A DNA stretch of 64,000 bases from Eledone cirrhosa (taxonomy: Eukaryota): assembly GCA_964016885.1 (NCBI GenBank), contig OZ024740.1, positions 26,536,001 through 26,600,000 of the forward strand, given 5' to 3'. This document shows positions 52,439 to 64,000 of this stretch, in pieces. The translations under genes and the position numbers were made by a program. The number at the start of each line of letters is the position of its first letter. Positions within the stretch are counted from its first letter, which is position 1. Below the pieces are notes generated by a model. It made no database searches and was not told where the DNA came from. It saw nothing but the letters and a program-made list of their open reading frames with translations.

Positions 52439-55400
52439 AATCTAGCTGTCGTCTGTTCGACAGCGTAGACGTAATTCACTTCGCGCAGAAGTTTTGTTCC
52501 AATTAATTGCGGAAATTTTGTGAGTTTAATTTTAATTTTTATACTATTGTGTAGCTTGACCGCCCGTCTGAACTGTCAGGCGGTGGGTCAGCTCATCTTC
52601 GCTCCTCCCAGGGGTGAAAAACCTGTTTTAAAAAATTTTGTGGCATAAAATTTCAATCGTCTGGCAGAAATGTTAAACTAAGCTAACGAAAATAGTGGTG
52701 GGGGGACAGCGGTAAGAGTTGTAAGCTCGCACGCTTTAGTCCCCCCCCCTTCCTTCCCAACTAACGTCATAGATAAGGAAAGAAAAAAATAAAATAAAAA
52801 CAGACGAATGTGCGGAGAAAAAGGACGAAAACACAAATCTGGAGATTGATTCCAACAACAACAAAAATTTGAAACAATTGCATGACAATATTAATACCAC
52901 AAACAAAGAAACAACAAACACAAAAATAACATTTGAAAACAACATCATAACAGAAAGCAAAACAGACGACAAAGTCAAGACCAATAATAATTCATTTGCA
53001 CAAACAACCAAAAAATCTTTAACATATATACCTGAAAATATTTCAGATGTGGCACAAAGAATAAAAAAACGCCAAACAATACATAACTCAAGGGGAAAAT
53101 GGAACCTGATCCGTAAAAATGCCCAAGAACTCACCAAAAGATATTGAAAGTCGGACGGTCGTTTTCCGCACCATCAACAACATCTCAAAAAAACCTCAAC
53201 AACCAACACAAGCACAAATTAAAGCAGTACTTACAGAAGTACTTAATGAAGCCACTTTCATAAGAAGAGACAGGCTGTATGGAAGCCTAGCCATTATTAT
53301 GAAGAAGGAATCAGCGGCAAAAAAATATGCTTTGTCGCCGATTCGTTCGACAAATTTTACCTTTTATCCATCTTATATGGGTAAAAGAACTCAGCCCATA
53401 TGGCTGGATGCGATGATGCCAGATGTGGACTACTGCTGGCTCATAGCTGGCTTCATCGATCCAGCGAATGACAACGTGATTTCCATTGGGAAAACCACAG
53501 GCAATGCGTTCAGTGGAAGAGGTATAGAACTTGTAGTGCAAATGAAGCCTGAACGCATTGCCCAAATACCCGACAGAATCCTATTAGAGGTCCACGGGTA
53601 TATAAACATTAGCGTGGAGGGGAGAAGGCCGTCCTGTCATATCTGTGCAGGCAGAAAGCACCTGAAGGCGGCTTGTCCCCAACTCAACAAGAAGAAAACC
53701 CTGCTACCAACACCAGCTCCGCCACCACCACAACAGATAAACAAACAACAAAACTCAGTCCCACCCAACCCGTCCCTCAGTAAAACTACACCACCACCAC
53801 AGCACAAATAGACACAACACATTACCCAAAAACAAAACACAGTCCCACCCAACCCCTCACTCAATAAAACAACACAACCACCGCAGCCACAACACACAAC
53901 ACAGTCTAACATAGTGACATCCATCTCCTCCACAAAGAAAACTAACACGGAAACATTACCAGCAAACATACCTCTTCCCTCCAACACTGAAGATAACCCA
54001 ACGAATTCGGAGGTAGAAACGGAGTCCTTCAGACATTAAAAGGAAAAAAGAAAACATGTGCAAAACACACAAGGCCAAACACCCCCTACCCAAATGTCAA
54101 CATAATCCAACAAAACACAAAACACCCCTCCAGCAACAAACAAAACCAAACCTGCCCCTCCCCTCTTCGAAACACTCACACCATCCGAAAAAAAGACATT
54201 ACACTATACTTACATCAACAGAAACAATAATAAATTAAATGAACTCATATACAATAACCCTTCGGTAAAAACCGAAGGGGTAAACTTTGTTTCTTCAGAA
54301 AACTACCCACATTTAAAATTAATAAAGTTCCCAATGAACCTCTACCAAAAACTAAAAAAGGATTTTAAGGAGGACGTAGGACCACCCTCTGTCAAACCCA
54401 TAAACGCGTCCTCCTAAATAGCGTTCCCCCTCCCCTTCCCCTCCCAACACAACTCCAAACACCCCAACCCCACCACACACTGACGACCCCACACCACCAC
54501 AAGACACCCCTTCACCCAACACCCCCGACCCCATGGAAGTCGTGCGACCCGAACCCCGGGAAGCAGAAAGGTAGGTCTCAACACTCTCCTTTGGCTTTGC
54601 CGCCCACATGGATGTGTTAAGAGTAGGATGTTTGAATGCACGTGGCCTGGGCTCAACTTGGAAGCAAGCAAAGCTTCTAAATGACCTCAGGTCACGTGGT
54701 ATAAATGTAATGGTTATCTGTGAGACTCGGATCAGCGTCGTGCGGCAGCTGGCCCCTACCTTCGATGACTTTGAGGTGCACGCATCTCTCTGTCAACCTG
54801 GAGGTGGGGTGGGGTTGTCGTACTGCTGGAAAAACACCTGGGTCTCGTCGTACAGGTTGTTCACTCGGACCCGGAAGGTCGTTTGTTGGTGCTAGACGTT
54901 GGCAGTAGTGGAGGTGCGGCCTTTGGACTGGTCGCCGTCTACTCCCCTTTCGGAGCTGAACGACTCGACTTCTACCAGCGTCTGGAGATTTTCTGGGAAC
55001 GTCGCGTTCCCTGCTTCTAGCGGGGGACTGGAATGACATCCTAGATACACGTTGGGACTATGCAGGAGCATGTCCTAATAGAGGAGGGGGCGTAACAGCC
55101 TCAAGGGGTTACTCCACCGTTTTAACTTGGTCGATAGATATCGACTAGATTTTCCAACTGTGCCAACCTGGACTTGGACGAACCATAGTGGTCAATCTAG
55201 ATCGTACTTAGATAGATTCCTAGTTAGAAGTAAGGATAGGGACATATTAAGCTGTCCAGAAATGCTCACGGTTGGCTATACAGATCACAAATTAGTGACC
55301 TGCGTAGTCAACCTCGAGAGAACACATAGACAGGGTCCCGGTTACTGGAAACTTAATTTTGTCTTTACCGGCAAAAGAGGCTTACAGAGACCGGATTAGC

Positions 55401-55803
55401 AGATTAGTTAAGGAGAGGTTGACGGGTGCAATCGTCAACAACCGATGGTGGGCATCTCTCAAAAGAGAGATTAGAACAGAATCAATAAGTTATAGCAAGA
55501 TGTCAGCTGCCGATAGGAATAGGAACGAGAAAGAATTAACAGGTAAATTAGAAGAGGCAATCACGAGCGAAGATATGGCCAGAGTGCTGGCATCGAGGAT
55601 GGCCTTGAGCCAGTTTTTCGATGCAAAGCACGAAGGCAGCGTCATGAGAAGTAAAATACGTGCTCTAGGTAATGAGGGCGCCAAAGCCGTTGGCTGGGCC
55701 CGCGTGACAGAAGCTAAGAGTGGAAATCGATCCACCATCCGGTCTTTGCAAGTCGAGGATGGACGGGTGATCCGGGAGCCTAAGCAGATGTGCGAAGCCT
55801 TTC
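52439..55803 (+). mobile_element. Tx1-clade retrotransposon, array copy 4 (same subfamily as copy 2), 3' half missing
   Basis: Disrupted ORF1 (52670-54574) and APE part of ORF2 (from 54608). Homology stops at KQMCEAF and joins the 5'UTR of copy 5. Confidence 0.9.
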
Positions 55804-58800
55804 GTTAAATTTAATACTATTTTATAGCTTGACCCCACGTCTGGATTTTCAGACGGTGGGTCAAGTCTTCTTCACCCCTCCCTTGGGTGAAAATTTCGTT
55901 CTGAAAAAGTTTCGTCGGTGAAAAAAAAAATTGTAAACAAACCTTGCATTCAGTCATGGACGCTGCGTTCATAACTAGAAGTGGTGGAGAGGCGGTAAGA
56001 GTGTTACGATCGCAGTCACCTCCTCTCACCACCTCACTGAAAGACATCGAAAATGTCGTCAGTTTTGAAAACACGATGTCGGACGCTGAATGTAACATCA
56101 ACACTAACACAAACACCAATAACATGCAAAATATAAACAACACCAACCAGAACAACAACAACAACAACAACACCACCAACAACAACAGCAACACGAACAA
56201 CTTCACGAACAAGGAACAGATTTCCTTTGCTCAAACCATCCAAAAGACGGAACTGTTCACATACCTTGACATTTCCAATGCTAGGGAAATGTTAAGCGAT
56301 GCAAAACAGTAAGTAACTTTTGGTGAGAGTGGTGCTTTCAGCATCACTTTTCCTCAACAGTTACGCAGAGAAACTATTCTAAAAACAGTAATTTTTAGGA
56401 CGGTTTCAAATGTGTCGAAAAACCAGTTCAATTATCCCAAAATGACATTGAACTGGTTCTGAAGAATTCCATGAAGGATATTGCCTTCATCCAAAAAGGG
56501 AAAGTTTTTGAAAGCATTTCTGTGTTGTTGAAAGACCAATTGACGGCACAAAAATAATTCTGTATCGCCGATTGTGTCCCCCTTTTACACCATTTTACCC
56601 ACATATATGGGAAAAAGGACACAAAAGATAAACATTTCGAACATTGCACGAATGTAAACGTCTGGTGGATTTTAACTGGCTTCATCGATTTCGCCGAAGA
56701 CACCATCATTTCGGTGCGAATGTCCTCCAGAGGCACATTCAATGGTACAAGCATGGAAGTTCTGGTCCAAATGAGGCCAGAACGGATAGCTAAAATACCG
56801 CAACGCGTGCCTCTGGAGGGAATTACACACATAAACATTTCTGTTGAGGGTAGGCGGCCTTCATGTTACCACTATTTAAGCAGTGGTCACCTGAAGGCTT
56901 TCTGTCCTCAGTTAACTACAAAAAAGAGGCGCTACTGCCAACACCCAAAATAACAACACAACCACCACCACCACCACCACCACCACCACCACCACCACCA
57001 CCACAACAACAACAACAACAACAACATGCAAACATAACCAAAACAAGAACAACAAACCAATCTGCAAGCACAGTCCCACCCAACCCACACCATCTAAAAC
57101 CACTGAAAAAACACCCACAAACACAACAGCTCCCCAAAACATACCCCTTCCAAATAACACAGACACCACAACGGACGATGCCCCCACATCATCACCAAGT
57201 GACGATGAGGGAGAGCCTCTCCGTTCGAAAAGAAAGAAGAAAAGATACCACAAGAACAAAAAAACAACAAACATCACTACAAACATACAACAACCAACAC
57301 AAACGACACAAACATTACAAACAAAACACCCCCGTCCCGAAAACAAAACCACGACATCACTCCAAACACAAACACCTACAACAAAACAACAGACAAAAAC
57401 CACCACAACACAAGAACATTACACATACATAAACAGTAAAAACAAAACTTTAATGGAGGTCATCTCCAACGACTCTTCGGTGAAAACCGAAGGGAAAACT
57501 TTTTCGAACTGTGTAGAGAAACCTAATTTAAAGATGATTAGGGTCCCTATGGACACCTATAAGTCTTTAAAGGGAATGTACGCGGCCTGAGGATGCCCTG
57601 GAAACGGGGCAAACTCTTAACGACCTCAGGTCGCACAGTATGGATGTAGTAGCTATTTGCGAGTTCAGGATCCACAGCGAGCTACAGCTGCTCCCCATCT
57701 TCGATGACTTTGAGATCTACGCATATCTGTGTCAGCCGGAGGGGGGTGTGGGGTTGCCGTTTTGCTGCGGAAACACCTGGGCCTCGTAACACAGAGGGTA
57801 CATCTGGACCCGGATTGTCGACTGGTGGTCCTAGACGTTGACGGTAGTGAAGGTGGAGCCTTCAGGCTGGTTGCCGCATATGCCCCATCCGGGACACCGC
57901 GGCCAGACTTCTTCAAACGTCTAGAGACTTTTTCTGGGAACGTCCCGCTCCTTTCTTTTAGTGGGCGACTGGAATGGAATCCTAGATGCACGTTGGGACT
58001 ACGTGGGAGCATAACCCGATAAAGGAAGGGAGTAACAGCCTCAAACAGTTAATCGACCGATTTGACCTGGCAGATAGATATCGACTAGATTTTCCGACTG
58101 TGCCACTGTGGAGGTGGACTAATCGCAGTAGAACATCTAGATCGTACCTAGATAGGGTTCTAGTTAGACATAAGGATAGGGACATGTTAAGCTGTCCACA
58201 AATGTTCATGATTGCCTATTCAGATCGCAAACTAGTGACCAGCATGGTCAACCTTGATAGAATCCATAGACAAGGACCCGGCTACTGGAAGCTGAACTTG
58301 TCGTTACTGACATGCAAAGCCTACAGTAGACGGATTAGCACTTTAGTTTAACAGCACTTGACAGGGAGCATTGTCAACAACAGATGGTGGTACTCTCTCA
58401 AGAGGGCAGTTAGATTAGACTCGTTAGATACAAATAGGACCGAGAAGGAACTGGTACATAAAGTAGAAGAGGCAATTAGAAGTGGCAACGTAGCCAGCGT
58501 GCTAGCAACGAGAACGGCCTTGGACCAGTTCTTCGACGCAGAGCACGAGAGTTGCGTTGTCAGAATCAAAATACGTGCTCTGGGAAACGAGGGAGCCAAA
58601 GCTGTTAGCTCGGCCCGCGTGAGGGAGGCAAAAAGTGGCAACAAGTCCAAGATTCAGTCTTTGAAGGACCAAGACGGACGCGTGATACGTGAGCCGAAGC
58701 AGATGTGTGCGGCCTTTCAGCGGCACTTTGCTCAACTGTTCGGGCAGGGCGGCGCTCCGGGAGAAGCTATGTGTTTCGGTCCATACGTCGACGGCCTAGC

Positions 58801-61150
58801 GCGACTCTCTGGCAGCGAGGCGAAGTTGTGTGAAAAGACGATTTCAGCCGCTGAGATAGGGGACCTGCTGAGCCAATGCGTCAAACGCAAATCTCCAGGT
58901 CTCGACGGTCTACTCTACGAATTTTACGTAGCAATGCAGGACTTATTCTCCGGTCTCCTGGAAGCGGACTACTGCAACTAGTCAGGAAGGATGAGAATAA
59001 GGGGGATGACATAGGCAACTTCCGGCCCATAACTCTGCTAAACACAGAGTTACAGATTTTGGCCATGGTGTTGGCAAAGAGACTGGCGCTTGTCGTCGAG
59101 AACCTGGTGGGAGAAGCGCAGACATGCGCAATCTCGACCAGGGCCATACACGACAACCGCCACCTCATGCGATACATCATAGAGAGGGTAGGGTGTAAAC
59201 CCGGCTACTGTGGGGCCCTGATCAACTTGGATCAGTCTAAGGCTTTCGATAGGGTTGACCATCGTTACCTGAATGCGGTGCTCGAGGCGGCAGGCTTCGG
59301 CCAGTGTTCAGGCGCTGGATTGCTGCAATGCACAACAGCAAAATCTGCTCAAGTGTCAAGGTGAACGGCTACATCTCGGAGCCGTCCATATCACGTGATC
59401 CATTCGACAAGGATGCCCTCTCTCCTCTCTTCTGTACGTACTGACTCTCGAGCCACTACTGCGGAAGTTGGAACTATTGCAGGGCATCCCTCTGGAACCG
59501 GGACTGCGGAAAGCGGCGTCGGCCTACGCCGACGAGGGGGCGGTAGTGGTGTCGGGCGCCTCGCAAATCGAGGAAGTCGGCACCTTACTGAAGGAATACG
59601 GAAGGTTCACAGGAGCGAAGCTGTACCGGGACAAGCCCATCGGTTTGAAACTCGGATCATGGAGAGACAGACCGATGTCTTCTGATGGCGTCGTCGGAAG
59701 CTGTACGGAAGGACCGAAAAAGCTGCTCGGGGTCTGGTTTGGTCCGGACCCCTAAGTGGAGAAGAACTGGAACGAGGTGACGGCCAAGGTGTTTGCACTC
59801 TGCCAGAAGTGGGCCGAGTGCAAACTATCCCTGAAAGGTCGAGCGGAGGTGGCGAACTCTTTTATAGCGTCCGCCATCTACTACCGCTTGACCGTCGTGC
59901 CTTGTCCAGCCAAAACGCTCGCCAAGAACGGAGCGAGCGTTCTTCCAATTCCTTTGGAAGAGGCGGGCTCCTTTGGTGAGAAGATCCATCTGCTGCCAAC
60001 ACCCTTGCAACGGAGGGCTGGTGGAGCCGTGGCTGACGATGCGCAAACACGCGCTCAGGCTGCGGCATCTCTACGTATTCCTCACCGGACAACCGGTGTT
60101 GGCCAAGTTTATGAGGCGAGCCTTCCCACGACTCGTCTCGCTGACCGAACTGCAGTCCTGGGTCAAGCAAAGACCGAGGAAAATGGGCGACTGGCACATC
60201 GAATGTGCTCAGGCGCTCACAGCCCTCTGGCAGGCGGACCCGGCGATCAGTGGAGACACCACTTCGTCATTCTATAGAGGGTTGATCCGTCATTCTATAG
60301 AGGGTTGATGCGCTCGGTGAAACTCTAGGCGTAGAGGAAGACAAACTGGCCAGTCTGTTCGGTAGGACCTTCCGCCCGGGACCGATGGACAACATCCAAA
60401 AGTCCCTGGCCTGGCAGTGCTACCGAGAAGCTCTACCAGTTCGAGACAGGCTCTACAGACATGGGCGCCCGTGCAGGGTCCCTTCAAAAAAGATCTGTCC
60501 GAGGTGCGTGCGAGACGAAGAAACCGTCGCGCACGCATTCATACACTGCCCGGGCGTTACCGACCTGTGGGGCTATGTAGAACGACTATTGTCGTGGGTG
60601 GGACCAATCCCATTGACCACGGAGTCCATTGTCATGATCAAACCGCCACCCTCCTTCAAAAACGAAGGAGAGGCGGTTTTCCTTTGTGTGATAGATATGG
60701 CGAAAGAGGTTGTATGGTGGACAAGGTTGAAAGGGCTGAGGTCAGACAACTTCCTCTCCGGCCAACAAGTGATTCTTTTTTTCAAATACCACTTTGGAAG
60801 AAGAATCAGGATGGAGAGAGAGGTGCTGTACCCCAGCAAGTTTTATGAAAGGTGGGTGGAAGTGGCGAGAATGGTGCGAGTGAATGGGCCTTCTCTCTAT
60901 ATCAGCCTGTATGTTGAGGAAAAAGAGGAGGAGGGGAAAGAGGTATAAACTCTTCGTATCCCTTGAGATGATGGTTGCACATTTTTTCGGGGGTATGTGT
61001 TACCCTCATGTAATGCTCCCCCTATTGGGGAAAATCGTTTAACTTTTAAATTGTATTTGTGATAGTATTTTACACGTTTTTATTGTATGTAAACTTTCTC
61101 TTTGTATTTGACCCCTTCTTTTGTGCCCCCCTGTGGCTAATAAAGAAACA
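55804..61150 (+). mobile_element. Tx1-clade retrotransposon, array copy 5 (heavily disrupted; ORF1/ORF2 junction deleted)
   Basis: Partial 5'UTR, ORF1 remnants from 55956 and ORF2 remnants ~57575-60948 (YADE in place of YADD). AATAAA at 61139, then TATCTATCTATATA and (TA)n. Confidence 0.9.
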
Positions 61151-61224
61151 TATCTATCTATATATGTATATATATATATACACACATACTCAGATACACT
61201 CATACACACACACATATATAAGTA

Positions 61225-61386
<162 letters not shown>

Positions 61387-62034
61387 TTTATATACATAAA
61401 TATAAATATATGTGTTTGTGTTTGGGTGTGTATGTATTTATATATATATATATATATTTTCTGTGTGCGTGTGCATGTGTGTTTATATATATATAGATAT
61501 ATAGATATATATACATATATGTGTGTCTTTATTTTATAAAGAGATGATTTTACAGGACTAAACAGTTTCATTCATATAAATTCATGAACATTTCATATGC
61601 ATCAAACAGTTCTCTTCCTGTGAAAGTTTTCTATACATGTAATAAAGATGTTTATACTCTTTAAAGATACCTAAACTATTTTTTCCTCTCTTTCTCTTTT
61701 TGTGTCAGGTTGTGAGCACCGCGTGTCTCTCTTCCTTTCCATTTGAAACACATTGGTTTGTAATATGTTTTTCTCTATTTGGGTAATTCCGTGAAAGACA
61801 CAAATAGTTCTGTGCCTGCCGGATCTTTTGCATCAAATATGCTTCGAAATTTTAGGGTTATAAAAATAATTTTTTTCCGTTTCTATATCATGTGCGAACC
61901 CCTTTTCATATAATAGGCAGCTTGGGTGTAATATCGGTATACCCATCCATTGATGTTGGTTTTACTGTGGAGAAATACGTGGAGATTTGAGATAGGTAAC
62001 TAGCTAGAGAACATCTGACTGATTAAATGAAAAG

Positions 62035-62400
62035 TCAGTCAATCATATTGGTGGTCTCCCCACAGCCCCCGGCCGACAGATTGGAGAAGGCGTTTCCCCG
62101 GAAGACGGCAAGGGAAACGCGCTGGAAAAACCATTCGAGCTCACGAGGCTCACACCTGCCGCTGGCCAGTTCAGCACCTATGGTGGTGAGTAGGGAGGTA
62201 GCCGTAGGGCCGAGGACACCAGAATTATCCACTGCCAAGGGTACAACCGCAAACCTGCCGGAGAGCGACCGGTACTTGGAGAGTTTGACCTCCTCAGCCC
62301 GACGTGCAACAGAACCTGGGTTAGTGGCAGACTGCACCAGGTTGCGGCTGGACAAAGTAGAGGTAATCAGCGAGAGGGATATGAAATTCCGAGGAGTTGA
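62035..62400 (-). mobile_element. CRE-clade non-LTR retrotransposon 3' fragment (restriction-like endonuclease C-terminus)
   Basis: ARRAEEVKLSKY..VVPLAVDNSGVLGP..FQRVSLAVFRGNA is typical of CRE-type RLE domains. Confidence 0.75.
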
Positions 62401-63370
62401 CACTGTGGGCTTGGGCTTCCTTCTTAGACATGCCTCTGACAACAGATGAATATACCCATAGCTGTTTCTGCCCCAGTAGACCAGGAATATGTAGACATTC
62501 TACCTTCACTTCGATGGCCTAAATACACAAACAGTCAACTATAGAAGCCAACAAACTCATAAAAATCACAGAGGCATGACAAAGACAAACACCCACAGAA
62601 GAAGCCGCAGATGGAAACGCATACACAGACACGAATCACAAAAAACACACCACAAAACGAAATACAACATGGAGTAACAGATTATGACTAGAAAAAAAGC
62701 GGAGACACAAAAGTGAACTAATATGCATTGAGGAGGTCACATAATATGTGTCAAAATAACTTTGATGACTTAACGAATAACTACTAATCTATATCATTAA
62801 TAGAGCGCTGTCTGTCTGTCTGTGCCTCATCGTGTTATGATCAATTTATATAGAGAGGGGGAGTGCCAAGTGATACGTACATAAAGAAAGAGAGAATATG
62901 GAAAGATGTGAGTTTTATAGGTGGCAGAAATAGGTAGATAGTGAGAGAAAATGAACAGCATTTGTTGACAGAGAGACAGAGAGAGAGAGTGTGTGTGTGT
63001 TTGTGTGTGTGTGTGTGTTCGTGTGTATGTGTGTATGTTTATATGCGTGTGTATGTGTGTGCGTTCGTGTGTGTGTATGTGTGTGTATGTGTGTGTGTGT
63101 GTATGTGTGTGTTCATGTGTGCGAGTATGTGTGTGTCCTTGGGTGTGTGTGTATGTGTGTGTCATTATGTGTGTGTGTGTAAGTCTGTGTGACAGAAAGA
63201 GGAAAAGGAAGACTTTTTCTCATGTAATAAATACAAAGTAGAAAATGAAAAGCATATGGTGAGTGTTTTTGTTTTTGTTGGCACTACAGGCAACATGACT
63301 AAACCCGAATACACACACAAACATACACACATACACACACACACATATATATATACATATATATATATTT

Positions 63371-63437
<67 letters not shown>

Positions 63438-63720
63438 CACCTTGGTATTATGCCAATACTATATATCATTTCACACCTTTTATTATTAAGGTTTTTGATG
63501 TTCTATTGAGAGAATCGATTTTACTGAAAATATCGAATAATGTACACCATTTTAACAGTAATAAATACTGGTCCACCCACACACACACACATACACATAT
63601 TTACACACACATATACACACGCGTATATTAACATACAAAGAGACATACACACACACACACACTTCTCCGTATAAGACAATAGCTGAAAAAATATCTGTTA
63701 ACATGTTAAAATATCCCCCA

Positions 63721-63845
63721 CACACTTACAGACACATTCCTACTGACCATCCCTCTACCACGAATAACTCTGCTACACACACACACACATACACACTTAC
63801 AGACACATTCCTACTGACCATCCCTCTACCACGAATTACTCTGCT

Positions 63846-63850
<5 letters not shown>
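63721..63850. repeat. Tandem duplication of a ~55-bp unit separated by (CA)n
   Basis: CACACTTACAGACACATTCCTACTGACCATCCCTCTACCACGAAT.ACTCTGCTACAC occurs twice. Confidence 0.9.
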
Positions 63851-63876
<26 letters not shown>

Positions 63877-64000
63877 TCTTAATAGGCATTTGAACTGTCA
63901 ACAGGCTGCGGTTCGCACACGCATCCCTGCTGACTATTATCACAACGAACCTCTTTACTACTACTACACACACACACACATATTTGTTGTGAAAGACTTA

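Noticed and set aside
35095-60839. Antisense ORFs within the Tx1 copies
   Set aside because: These are shadows of A/C-rich or GC-rich coding strands, and their boundaries are not conserved between subfamilies.
34957-61150. Telomeric HeT-A/TART-like retrotransposon array
   Set aside because: Ordinary genomic sequence lies on both sides, there are no telomeric repeats, and the junctions carry candidate TSDs.

Overview
This is AT-rich animal genomic DNA, packed with (TA)n, (CA)n, (GA)n, (GAA)n and (TCTA)n microsatellites. The tRNA-SINE types and repeat landscape look cephalopod/octopus-like, which is an inference. No host protein-coding gene is supportable, and most short ORFs are microsatellite artefacts. 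The window has two halves. (1) 1-34.9 kb is a patchwork of insertions into microsatellites: two Penelope-like elements (RT + GIY-YIG), a decayed mariner, tRNA SINEs, RTE/CR1-L2/Tx1 fragments, and a dense set of type I hammerhead ribozyme (HHR) motifs. These include two unrelated non-coding tandem-repeat families (469 bp and 418 bp) with one HHR per monomer. They are retrozyme-like, and each has an array containing an inverted arm. One further HHR has a compensatory U3-A8 core. (2) 34.96-61.15 kb is an uninterrupted head-to-tail array of five Tx1-clade (L1-group) non-LTR retrotransposons stacked in one (TCTA)n/(TA)n microsatellite. They show readable candidate target-site duplications, closely related ORF2s, four different 5'UTR/ORF1 modules, and structurally conserved UTR hairpins. 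A CRE-clade fragment follows. All calls were read by eye; nothing was computed or searched.
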